From Nitrospinota bacterium (GTDB taxonomy: Bacteria; Nitrospinota; Nitrospinia; Nitrospinales; VA-1): DNA of 33,708 nt. Below the pieces are notes generated by a model, which worked only from the letters and a program-made list of their open reading frames with translations, did not search any database and was not told the origin of the DNA. A program made the position numbers and the translations under genes. Below are positions 1-8,708 of this stretch, piece by piece. The stretch's first letter is position 1. Each line of letters starts with the position of its first letter. The DNA is taken from positions 1-33,708 of the forward strand of contig JAYNIA010000009.1 in the NCBI GenBank assembly GCA_038108555.1, written 5' to 3'.

Positions 1-462
1 ACAGGACATATGATTGTCGGAAATATCGGGTCTGAAAAAAACCTAGAGTATACCTGCATCGGTGATACGGTTAATTACAGTTCAAGACTGGAAGGAATTA
101 ATAAGGTGTATGGGACAAATATTATTATCGACATCTTTACAAAAAAGAATGTTGAACATGATCTTCTATTAAGAGAATTGGATACTATCCAGGTAAAGGG
201 CAGGGCACAAGGGTCACAAATATTTGAAGTGCTGGCCGAAGTGCGAAATGCGACGGAACATCAAAAGAGATTAAAGCAGGAATATGAGACCGCTTTGGAG
301 CTATATCGAAAAGGTGATTTTGTTTTAGCTGAAAAGAAATTTCTCTACCTTTATCAATCGAGAAATGATATTGCTAGTAAAACCATGTGGGAACGTTGCA
401 AGAATTATATTGATTCACCCCCTGAAAACTGGCTAGGAATTGTTGAAATGAAAGAGAAGTAG
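1..462 (+). CDS. Class III adenylate/guanylate cyclase, C-terminal part (5'-truncated by window), with TPR-like tail
   Basis: Frame is open from base 1 (TGHMIVGNIGS). Carries cyclase motifs GNIGS..EYTCIGDTVNYSSRLEG (catalytic N/R) and VKGR, then a helical TPR-like tail ending PPENWLG. Confidence 0.88.
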   Translation, partial: TGHMIVGNIGSEKNLEYTCIGDTVNYSSRLEGINKVYGTNIIIDIFTKKNVEHDLLLRELDTIQVKGRAQGSQIFEVLAEVRNATEHQKRLKQEYETALELYRKGDFVLAEKKFLYLYQSRNDIASKTMWERCKNYIDSPPENWLGIVEMKEK

Positions 463-463
463 A

Positions 464-1717
464 TTATAACCAGATTTCTTTGGAGTTGATTCTTTCAAGT
501 GCCAGCTCGGTAGCCGCATCTCTAAAAATAAAATCTCCCTTTATCCGATTAAAAATTTCCCTGACATTTTTAGAAACAGTATTAAAAATCAGGTTTTCAG
601 TATAAGCCCGGGTCCCATGGGTTTTCACTTTTTCTGAATAATCTTTATCTTGAGTCATTTGACGTTCGACTGCGCAACCAATAACCCCACCTGCATTTAC
701 AATAAAGTCGGTTAACGATATTAATTTTTTGCGATGCATTAAATAGTATTCCACCGGTTTGCTACTGGGCGTGTTCGCCCCTTGAAGGATAATGCGGCAA
801 TCGATCCGATCGATATTTTTTGCAGTAATTGCATCAGGCCTGGCGGCTGGAACTAATATGTCACAGGGGACTTCGAGCAACCAGTCCAAATTTTTTGGAT
901 CGAATTTCCTTTCTACCCTTTGGGAATAATTGCTTAATCCACCTTCCTGTTTCCTGATTCGTGAGAGTTCATCCAAATCCAAACCTTTTGGATTCCATAA
1001 TGCACAATGGATATCAGAAGCACCTACAACCAGGGCACCTTTTTGATTTAATTTGACCGCAGTTGGGCCGCCTACATTACCAAATCCCTGTATAACCACT
1101 TTTGAATTATTAAGTTGGAAATCCTCCAGCAGTTCTTCAAGTGTCAATGCGGCTGCGTATAAACCGTGAGCGGTTAATTCCCAACCATCCAGAGGGATCC
1201 CCCCATATTCTTCAGGCCGACCTGAACCTCCCCTGTGATGATTTTTCTGTCGCAGCTTTCTTGTATGATTTTCCTGGATGATTTGAACATCGTATTCATC
1301 TGTACCCATATCTGCAGCGGGGATATATTTATCAATCTCAAATAATGCATCTGCCCATTTTTCCATCAACAGATTTTTTTGCTGTCGATCCTTATAAAAA
1401 TTTTGATTTGCAACTTTTAGTCCCGATTTCCCGCCCCCATAGGGCAAACAGGCGGCACTGTTTTTTAGAGTCATAACGTGTGCCAACCTGTTGACTTCAT
1501 TTAAGGAAACATCCGGTAGCATACGTATGCCACCCAGGCCGGGTCCTCTTTGCGTATTATCAACTGTTACAAACCCCCACACCTGATTTGTAGCCGGATC
1601 AAAAACCTCAAACCTAGCTTCCTGCTTATGTGAATTATCCTGTGAAAACCTGAATGTGTTCTCGGTTTTGGGTAATTTTCGGACTGAAAAACCATTTGCA
1701 GGCAATTTATTGGGCAT
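464..1717 (-). CDS. Glu/Leu/Phe/Val dehydrogenase family protein (probably not glutamate-specific)
   Basis: Motifs PGLGGIRM, MTLKN, PYGGGKSG, PAADMGT, Rossmann IQGFGNVG, LVPAA, GANTP, NAGGV. Confidence 0.9.
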   Translation of the reverse strand: MPNKLPANGFSVRKLPKTENTFRFSQDNSHKQEARFEVFDPATNQVWGFVTVDNTQRGPGLGGIRMLPDVSLNEVNRLAHVMTLKNSAACLPYGGGKSGLKVANQNFYKDRQQKNLLMEKWADALFEIDKYIPAADMGTDEYDVQIIQENHTRKLRQKNHHRGGSGRPEEYGGIPLDGWELTAHGLYAAALTLEELLEDFQLNNSKVVIQGFGNVGGPTAVKLNQKGALVVGASDIHCALWNPKGLDLDELSRIRKQEGGLSNYSQRVERKFDPKNLDWLLEVPCDILVPAARPDAITAKNIDRIDCRIILQGANTPSSKPVEYYLMHRKKLISLTDFIVNAGGVIGCAVERQMTQDKDYSEKVKTHGTRAYTENLIFNTVSKNVREIFNRIKGDFIFRDAATELALERINSKEIWL

Positions 1718-2349
1718 TACAGTTTTCTCATCATGACAATTCGGTGATAAAGAAGGGAGTCTTTATTGACTTTTCGTCCCTGCAAATATAGTAATAAATC
1801 CAGGTAGTGATTTTTATTTAGCCCCAGCCGGGTGATCAATTTAACAGCCATTCGATCTGCTTCCACTTCTTGATTGATACCGAATCCTAAAGGAACATCT
1901 ATTGATGGAAAAGCTCCATAATGCGATTCTCCGTTCCCGGATGAAGATGGGGCTGGAAAATTCTTCAAATTGGAATCGGGATTAACAATTATAATTCCTA
2001 TCCTTGAATAGTAATGACCCATTTTCAGATGAGATATTTCATGGGCTGCAACACAGATTCTACGAATAGGATTTAGCTTTTCTAAAAACCTTCTGTAAAT
2101 ATTTATTTCTCTTCCTTTGGTAACCCAAGCATTGTCAAATTCACCTTCCCAGACCACCGCTCTATATTTTCCATAATCCTGTGGGAAATTCATTTTAACG
2201 ACATAATCGATATCGGCCTGCCATATAGTGACCGCTTTCTTACAGGATGGAGATTGGCTGGTTTGGCAAATATATTGTTCGGGAAAACAACCTGAGTGAA
2301 ATAACAGGCTGATTGTCAGAAGAAATAAACGTGGGATATTTTTGATCAT
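1717..2349 (-). CDS. M48-family zinc metallopeptidase, probable lipoprotein
   Basis: HEISH zinc motif, DNAW motif, QEVEAD third-ligand motif. ATG at 2349 gives a lipoprotein-like signal (MIKNIPRLFLLTISLLFHSGC). Stop overlaps the next ATG (TAATG). Confidence 0.75.
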   Translation of the reverse strand: MIKNIPRLFLLTISLLFHSGCFPEQYICQTSQSPSCKKAVTIWQADIDYVVKMNFPQDYGKYRAVVWEGEFDNAWVTKGREINIYRRFLEKLNPIRRICVAAHEISHLKMGHYYSRIGIIIVNPDSNLKNFPAPSSSGNGESHYGAFPSIDVPLGFGINQEVEADRMAVKLITRLGLNKNHYLDLLLYLQGRKVNKDSLLYHRIVMMRKL

Positions 2350-2357
2350 GGCCAGGA

Positions 2358-4172
2358 TCAATAATAATTTATTCCACCACTCGCGTACAGAATTCCACTG
2401 GTCCCATCTGTTGGTGGAGGACCTTGAAAAGGAATTCCAAATGAAAGAGCAAAATTGTAACTGGGTCCCCAGGGTTTTGTTTTGGGTATATTCATTTTCA
2501 TACCGAATCCTCCGCCGGAAATGGCACGGTTAAGGTCATCGGGCACCTGATCCAGAATTTGAATTCTCCCACCTTCGATAAAAGCATTAAAAGAAAGGAA
2601 ATCTTTCCATTTAAGCTTTTCTCCTTTTGCCACAGGAGCATTTGAAGGGAAAGGAAGAACATATTCCAGGCCGACACTATATCCATTAGAACCAGAATAT
2701 TCAGATATCGGGAAACCGCGAACCGTACCAAATCCCCCTATAGAAAATAAATTAGAAGATAGTACCCGGGAACCAGAAATTTGCCCATTCCCTTTAATAA
2801 TAAAGTAACTTCCCAAAACTCCGGTTCCTTGAAATCGCGTGAAATTTAATTTAGCACGAAAAACATCTCCTCTGGCATCTATGCGAGATGCAAGGTTAAG
2901 GTTTTCATTAGATTCAGAGACACCCTGGTTAAACCTTAGCTCAGCAAAAGTCCTTCCCAAAAAACGATCTGTGTAATTCCCTCCCAGAGATACATGGATA
3001 CCTCTAAGGTTATCCCGGCTATCTATGGAACCCAAACGAAAGTTTCGGCTTTCTCTCATGGAGTAACCGGCTTTTAAGTTAAGTTGACCTAATCTTGATC
3101 GGTAAAGGGGATGGTTTACCTCAAACACATAAGAATCTGACGAACCTTTTATTTCCAATGGAATAATGTTACGGCCCTTGCCAAGGGATTGTTTCGAATG
3201 GGAATAGGAAAACTTAACCGTAGTTCCATAGTTATTTATGGGATATAAAAAAGAAGGGGCTACCAGGGACTGGGTAAAATCCGATTGAATGACCCTCAAA
3301 GAAAATTGATCTCCCAACTTTAAGAGATTTCCTGCGCTTGCAGAAAAATTGTAATGGACTCTGCCTGTAAATTCACTTCCGAAATTGTCCATATCGAATG
3401 CGAAAGAGTAAGCAGGACTTTCTTTTACTTCTAATACAAGATCTGAAGTTCCGGGCAATTCACCTGGTTTTAAAAGGGATTTAACAGTGACTCCCATCAG
3501 GTCATTCAATTCAAGTAAAGTTCTTTCCAGAGTTTGTTCTCTTAGAATTCCTTCTTCTTTTACTCTTGTCATGCGATTTGCAATTTCTTCGCTATCAAGA
3601 GATTTATTTCCAGTCACTTGAATATTGTTAATTTTGCCTTCAGCAATATTTATTTTTACAATACCATCTTGCAATTTCTGGGCTGGGACATAAGCTCGGG
3701 ACAAGAAATAACCCTGTGATACATAATAAGAGGTAAGTTCTTGGGCCAGCAGCAGTAAAAGGCCAAAGGTTATTTCTTTTCCTTTTTCATCCAGTTTTAC
3801 CAGGGCTTCCAGTTCTTCTTTGGGGAAAAGTGTGCTGCCTTCAACTGCAATTTTTTTTACGAAAAACTTTGGCCCTTTTTGAGGGTCAACAGGTTTGCGA
3901 CTGTCGGGTACCACGATTTCAGGTGCTTGTTCTTCAAGGGGCGGTTGGTAGAACGGCTGCGACTGTCTTAAAGATCTTTCCGATAACCCGGGTTCTGAAA
4001 ATTGGGGATTCTGAGCAGATTGTTGAGCCCAAAGGGAGTCCACAAAAAACAATCCATCTAAATATAATGGCGAGTATAAGATGCTTTGGTTTAAGATACT
4101 GGAGCAAGATTCTAAATTGTATATGTTAACTATCGAATATTTTCCTGGAAAAGTTTTATAATCATATACCAA
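2358..4172 (-). CDS. ShlB/FhaC/HecB (TpsB, Omp85-family) outer-membrane transporter; start uncertain
   Basis: POTRA-like segment (YYVSQGYFLSRAYVPAQ..GIVKINIAEGKI), DNFGSEFTG barrel start, loop-6 motif GGFGTVRGF, aromatic C-terminus. The annotated TTG start gives no good signal peptide. Confidence 0.87.
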   Translation of the reverse strand: MVYDYKTFPGKYSIVNIYNLESCSSILNQSILYSPLYLDGLFFVDSLWAQQSAQNPQFSEPGLSERSLRQSQPFYQPPLEEQAPEIVVPDSRKPVDPQKGPKFFVKKIAVEGSTLFPKEELEALVKLDEKGKEITFGLLLLLAQELTSYYVSQGYFLSRAYVPAQKLQDGIVKINIAEGKINNIQVTGNKSLDSEEIANRMTRVKEEGILREQTLERTLLELNDLMGVTVKSLLKPGELPGTSDLVLEVKESPAYSFAFDMDNFGSEFTGRVHYNFSASAGNLLKLGDQFSLRVIQSDFTQSLVAPSFLYPINNYGTTVKFSYSHSKQSLGKGRNIIPLEIKGSSDSYVFEVNHPLYRSRLGQLNLKAGYSMRESRNFRLGSIDSRDNLRGIHVSLGGNYTDRFLGRTFAELRFNQGVSESNENLNLASRIDARGDVFRAKLNFTRFQGTGVLGSYFIIKGNGQISGSRVLSSNLFSIGGFGTVRGFPISEYSGSNGYSVGLEYVLPFPSNAPVAKGEKLKWKDFLSFNAFIEGGRIQILDQVPDDLNRAISGGGFGMKMNIPKTKPWGPSYNFALSFGIPFQGPPPTDGTSGILYASGGINYY

Positions 4173-4243
4173 GCTTGGGGAATAATTATACAGTTATTCC
4201 AAAAGGGTTTTAGGTCCAATTATTTATTGTTTTATAAGGGGTT

Positions 4244-5086
4244 ATGGATAGTTCTCTAGAAAATGCTGCGATAGTTGAGTTGGTTGAAAAAGCCCTTGCG
4301 GAGGATTTAAAAGAAGGGGATATAACGACCCGAAATATTTTTTCCGATGAAAAAAACTCCACCGCCGAGGTGATTGCCCGAGAACCGATTATCTTATGCG
4401 GTCTTGAAGTTTTTAAGGCCGTATTTCAAAAATTGGATTCCAAAGTAAAATTCTCTTCCTGCAACTTTCAGGATGGAGACGAAATTAATACAAACGATAT
4501 TATCATTAAGGTGGAATGTAATGTGGTTGCATTGCTGGAAGGGGAAAGAAGTGCCCTAAATGCCATACAATGGTTAAGCGGTATTGCCACTTTGACCCAT
4601 AGATATGTTGAAAAAGCAAAACCCGTAAAAGTTTTGGATACCCGCAAAACCACCCCGGGTCTGAGAATATTTGAAAAATATGCCGTGAAATGCGGAGGTG
4701 GAACCAACCATCGACTGGGTTTGTACGATCAGGTTTTAATAAAAGACAATCATATTGAAGCAGCAGGAAGTATTACCAATGCCGTAAGCAATATAAAAGG
4801 CAAACTTACAAATAATAAAATTGAGGTAGAAGTAAAAACCCTTGAAGAGGTAGATGAGGCTCTTAAAAATAATGTCGATATCATTATGTTGGACAATATG
4901 GATATTGAAATGATGAAAAAAGCCATTTTAAAAATCAATGGAAAAGCTAAAACTGAAATCAGTGGGGGAGTCACCTACGAAAGGCTGGATGAGATTTCGA
5001 CAACAGGTGCCGACTTTGTTTCCATAGGAGCCCTGACCCATTCCGCTGCAGCGGTTGATATCAGCATGAATATTACGACGGATTAA
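4244..5086 (+). CDS. nadC: Nicotinate-nucleotide diphosphorylase (quinolinate phosphoribosyltransferase)
   Basis: ALAED..GDITT, GERSALN, DTRKTTPGLR, HRLGLYD..LIKDNH, IEVEV, IMLDN, SIGALTHS. Confidence 0.96.
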   Translation: MDSSLENAAIVELVEKALAEDLKEGDITTRNIFSDEKNSTAEVIAREPIILCGLEVFKAVFQKLDSKVKFSSCNFQDGDEINTNDIIIKVECNVVALLEGERSALNAIQWLSGIATLTHRYVEKAKPVKVLDTRKTTPGLRIFEKYAVKCGGGTNHRLGLYDQVLIKDNHIEAAGSITNAVSNIKGKLTNNKIEVEVKTLEEVDEALKNNVDIIMLDNMDIEMMKKAILKINGKAKTEISGGVTYERLDEISTTGADFVSIGALTHSAAAVDISMNITTD

Positions 5087-5088
5087 AC

Positions 5089-5493
5089 ATGCCCTGTAAA
5101 GACACCACAGCACAAATCAGAATCGTATTAGACAATAAAGATTGTCTGCTGGATTTTGATTACTCCAAAATGACCTGTAATAAAGAAATTGGAGGTGGTA
5201 CAGGTTATCGAGAGTTTTGTATCGGGAAATCCATCGATGTTTTATCGCAACAGGAATTTGATGATTTAATTAACAATCTGGAATTGCCTGATACGGAAAG
5301 CCAGTTTTTACTTTTTCTGGAATGGAGCGCACTGAACGCGGCATTGGACCAGTACCAGGGACGGCTGGTTCCAAAAGATGAAGACAGATATCAAATTGCC
5401 ACCATTGCCTATGAATCGGATCGTGTTGAAATAAAACAGATGGTGATGGCTCCTTCCGAAATGCCAAAAATAATTCCTTGCAGAAAGAGATAA
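5089..5493 (+). CDS. Hypothetical protein with divergent IscU/NifU-N-like fold
   Basis: 134 aa, 2 bp after nadC. CxD...C, GKSID, LELP and AL-AAL--Y motifs are spaced almost exactly as in IscU (alignment by eye). Confidence 0.6.
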   Translation: MPCKDTTAQIRIVLDNKDCLLDFDYSKMTCNKEIGGGTGYREFCIGKSIDVLSQQEFDDLINNLELPDTESQFLLFLEWSALNAALDQYQGRLVPKDEDRYQIATIAYESDRVEIKQMVMAPSEMPKIIPCRKR

Positions 5494-5535
5494 GAACTTT
5501 ATTATATAAACACCACAAAGGACAGGAGTTTCGAA

Positions 5536-5931
5536 ATGAATCAAATCGGTGACTATATGAGCACAACCCTTTATTCCACCACACCTGATACATTGGCTCA
5601 TGAAGCAATTAATAAAATATATGAGAACAAAATAGGGGCGCTTTTAGTCGAAGAGAATGGGAACTATACCGGCATGTTTACAAAAACGGACTGGATGGCC
5701 CTGGTGTTAAAAGGTGAGTGTGACCCTAAATCCATAAAGGTATCCACAATCATGACGGACCTGAAACATACTATTGGAATCAATCAGACCATCCCAGAAG
5801 CCAGTGCCATCATCGAAGAAAATAAAATCCGCCATCTACCCGTAGAAGACAACGGAAAAATTGTCGGAATGTTTTCAGTTAAAGACCTGGAGAAATACTA
5901 TTTAGAGCTGCACAAAAAAACAGATTTTTGA
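5536..5931 (+). CDS. Stand-alone CBS-pair protein
   Basis: IGDYMS, IGALLV, VSTIMT, IRHLPV..GKIVGMFS..DL. SD AGGAG upstream. Confidence 0.9.
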   Translation: MNQIGDYMSTTLYSTTPDTLAHEAINKIYENKIGALLVEENGNYTGMFTKTDWMALVLKGECDPKSIKVSTIMTDLKHTIGINQTIPEASAIIEENKIRHLPVEDNGKIVGMFSVKDLEKYYLELHKKTDF

Positions 5932-5971
5932 GTGCTGAAATCTATTTGAGTTACCCCCACCCATCTTATTC

Positions 5972-6397
5972 CTAATCATCCGGGTAAAGCCTTACCAGTC
6001 TCACATAACCTTGAGAATAGTCCTGATCAAAATGTTGCGCCGTCCCTGAAACATAAGAAAAATAAAAGGCGGCCTGTTGATCGAAAGGCAAACACCAGGA
6101 GGCATTTCCACCACCGGATGCGAATAGGGGATCCAGATGTATTTCACAACTGGAACGGGCCATAATGGTGCTTTCCGGTACAAATATTTTTTCAATTTCC
6201 TCTTTTTCAGGGATGCGCCAGTCGTGATAGCCTAAATAATCTTTTTTATTCATTTCATCAACAAACTGTAACGCCTCCTGAAAGGTTAGCCAGTCCTGAG
6301 CAATGGGCCATGAATCCTGCTTGGCCCAAACCAGTCCGGTTTCGTTATCCAATATAGTTGAATCTCCCTTATCTACAAATCTGGGATTACTGGTCAT
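5972..6397 (-). CDS. DUF1566 (Lcl C-terminal, C-type-lectin-like) domain protein
   Basis: RFVDKGDSTILDNETGLVW, GYHDWRIP..EE, C-terminal VRLVR. SD AGGAG upstream. Confidence 0.85.
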   Translation of the reverse strand: MTSNPRFVDKGDSTILDNETGLVWAKQDSWPIAQDWLTFQEALQFVDEMNKKDYLGYHDWRIPEKEEIEKIFVPESTIMARSSCEIHLDPLFASGGGNASWCLPFDQQAAFYFSYVSGTAQHFDQDYSQGYVRLVRLYPDD

Positions 6398-6586
6398 TTA
6401 ATTTTTCTCCTGCTACTTGATAAAAAATCTTTCTACAAAAAACGAATTAAAATATTAGCGCAGGTCGTTTTCTGTGTGAAGAGTAAAAATATATAAATTG
6501 ACCACAATTGCCATTTGCCACTGGAAATCACAGGTTTAATTTGTTAAAAATTAACCTTCGTCCTTCCATCAATTGGAAAAGTCCTT

Positions 6587-7117
6587 ATGGCACTGGATTC
6601 AATAACAAAATTTTTAATATTAAATGATCAGGTTTTAGCGCAAACCGGTTGCGGGGAAAAAATCCCGGATTTAAATATTTACGCACAAATCTCGCAATAC
6701 TCCATCTGGATTGCTCTTGCTCTTGGAATCGGGGGAATCTTGCTGGATCAAAAAGCGATCAAAGGGATTTTATTCACTCTGGCGTTGGTTCCACTCCTGG
6801 CTTGGGGATATGTTCAGTTTGTGGTGGATTATTCCAAATTGAAAAAAGATATCTTTGCCTACAATTCAATGGCGGAGGCCACGCTGGCAAATATTGCTGA
6901 GGCTCAGGACCGGTATAAATCGGAGCAGGGGACCTATATCGGTGATTTACGGAAGTTGTACTCGCATATAGGAGGGGCGGGGGGTATGAACGAATGTGTG
7001 AAGATTCTCAGCGTAAAAGCGGGATTTGATCACTGGCGCGCCGAAGCCGCTCATTTATCCAGCCCGGAAACAGTTATTTGGGACAGCCGGGCAGGAACTT
7101 CATTGAAAAAAGGCTAA
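6587..7117 (+). CDS. Membrane protein (2 TM) with type IV pilin-like C-terminal domain
   Basis: Two hydrophobic segments, then AYNSMAEATLANIAEAQDRYKSEQGTY, resembling the alpha1-C helix of PilE-like pilins. No canonical prepilin motif. Confidence 0.55.
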   Translation: MALDSITKFLILNDQVLAQTGCGEKIPDLNIYAQISQYSIWIALALGIGGILLDQKAIKGILFTLALVPLLAWGYVQFVVDYSKLKKDIFAYNSMAEATLANIAEAQDRYKSEQGTYIGDLRKLYSHIGGAGGMNECVKILSVKAGFDHWRAEAAHLSSPETVIWDSRAGTSLKKG

Positions 7118-7122
7118 CGAAC

Positions 7123-7512
7123 TTAATCTTCCCAGCCACTCACCATCCCATTAAGAGAAACCATTCCCGTTATTGCGTTATTTTCGATGACCATGGCGTA
7201 GGAAACATTGAAGTTTGTCAGGAACCGGGCCGCAAATGGGATGGGCATATCAAAACTAACAGATAAAACCGGCTTGGACATGATTTCGTAAACATGGGCC
7301 TCGTGCAATTTTCTTCGATTCGCAATAACCTTTCTCGCAATATCCTTTAGGGTCATGATTCCATAAACATCGGCGTCATCTCTGGGTTCAACCAATACGG
7401 CATTGATTTTCCTGCTACGCATCATATGAAGGGCATCAGAAACTTTCATAACGCCATCAACTTTAGTGAAGTTAGACATCATGACATCTCCAACTCTTTT
7501 TATTTCTGCCAT
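7123..7512 (-). CDS. CBS-pair protein (last gene of DUF1538 operon)
   Basis: VGDVMM, YGIMTLKDIARKV, VYEIMSKPVLSV. Confidence 0.88.
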   Translation of the reverse strand: MAEIKRVGDVMMSNFTKVDGVMKVSDALHMMRSRKINAVLVEPRDDADVYGIMTLKDIARKVIANRRKLHEAHVYEIMSKPVLSVSFDMPIPFAARFLTNFNVSYAMVIENNAITGMVSLNGMVSGWED

Positions 7513-7534
7513 TCGTTTCTCCAGCTCCCTTTAA

Positions 7535-7882
7535 TTAGAAATAATGTTCCTTGGCATCTTTTTCCATGGATGGCATTTGACTCTCCAGGCCAATAGCACG
7601 GTCAACGTCCAGGGAGAATGTGATGCCATTTCCCTGATCACTCAATTGTCCTGAATCATAAATTGCGTTCATAATGTCGTCGGCCATAAAATCTTCCACC
7701 AGAAATAGAAGCATGTCTTTTTGGGATTCCATTGATAGTCCCAAAAATGATTTTTGCGAATGAATACCTTCACCACGGGCATTCAATATGGTAACACCTG
7801 TTGCCCCTGCGGCTTTGGCGGCTTCAATTACTTCATTCTGATATTTATCATTAACTAAAGCTAAAATAACTTTAAAACGCAT
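7535..7882 (-). CDS. PII-like signalling protein
   Basis: AAKAAGATGVTILNARGEG and B-loop-like GNGITF. Lacks the GlnB/K uridylylation Tyr and the C-terminal RIRTGE. SD GGAGG upstream. Confidence 0.85.
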   Translation of the reverse strand: MRFKVILALVNDKYQNEVIEAAKAAGATGVTILNARGEGIHSQKSFLGLSMESQKDMLLFLVEDFMADDIMNAIYDSGQLSDQGNGITFSLDVDRAIGLESQMPSMEKDAKEHYF

Positions 7883-7895
7883 AAGTCAAAACCTC

Positions 7896-8705
7896 CTAAG
7901 AGTTATTTTTTCTTCGCTTATTTTTGGCCAGAATTTCGGTGATCATAGCATACGCCATTACCGTTATCATAGGGAAAAGGGAGGCGAACGCTATGAGACC
8001 AAAGCCATCTATTAAAGGTGATCGACCCGGAACATTGGATGCTAAACCAATTCCCAGTGCCGCGATCAATGGTACGGTCACAGTTGATGTCGTCACTCCC
8101 CCGGAATCATATGCTAAAGGAACAATCATTTTGGGGGAGAAATAAGTTTGAATCAATAAGAACGCATAACCCGCAGCGATGTAATAATGAAGAGGATCTC
8201 CGGTTACTATCCGATAAACTCCCAGGGAAACTCCAACCGCAACTCCCAATGCAACTGATATTCTGAGTCCCCATGCAGATATTGCCCCAGTGGTAATTTC
8301 TTTTGCCTTCAAAGCGACGGCAATAAGCGCCGGTTCTGCAAGCGTGGTGGAGAATCCAATCAAAAAGGCAAAAACATAGGTCCATAAATATATTGAAGGA
8401 TCAACCGTCGAAGACGCTTTAATGGCTTCAATTTCACTTTTTTCTCCAGACGTTAAAAAATTAAGATCCGTCAATTGGTTTGCCATTTGTGTTCCTATAG
8501 GAAAAACACATTTTTCCAAACCAACTATAAATATACTCAGTCCCACTACGACCAGAAGAAGGCCAAAAAGAATGTTTTTCAGGTTGGGAATTTTTTTGCG
8601 GATAGCAACCGCTTGAAAGAATCCCAAAACCAAAATGATTGGTAGGATATCTATAAACGTCCCACCAAGCGCATTAACAATAGCTTTTAAAAAATTGTTT
8701 TCCAT
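7896..8705 (-). CDS. DUF1538-family membrane protein (subunit B)
   Basis: Polytopic, with motifs GLE..FPIG, TTLAEPAL, AYDSGGVTTSTVTVP, GRSPLIDGFGLIA. Confidence 0.88.
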   Translation of the reverse strand: MENNFLKAIVNALGGTFIDILPIILVLGFFQAVAIRKKIPNLKNILFGLLLVVVGLSIFIVGLEKCVFPIGTQMANQLTDLNFLTSGEKSEIEAIKASSTVDPSIYLWTYVFAFLIGFSTTLAEPALIAVALKAKEITTGAISAWGLRISVALGVAVGVSLGVYRIVTGDPLHYYIAAGYAFLLIQTYFSPKMIVPLAYDSGGVTTSTVTVPLIAALGIGLASNVPGRSPLIDGFGLIAFASLFPMITVMAYAMITEILAKNKRRKNNS

Positions 8706-8708
8706 AAA

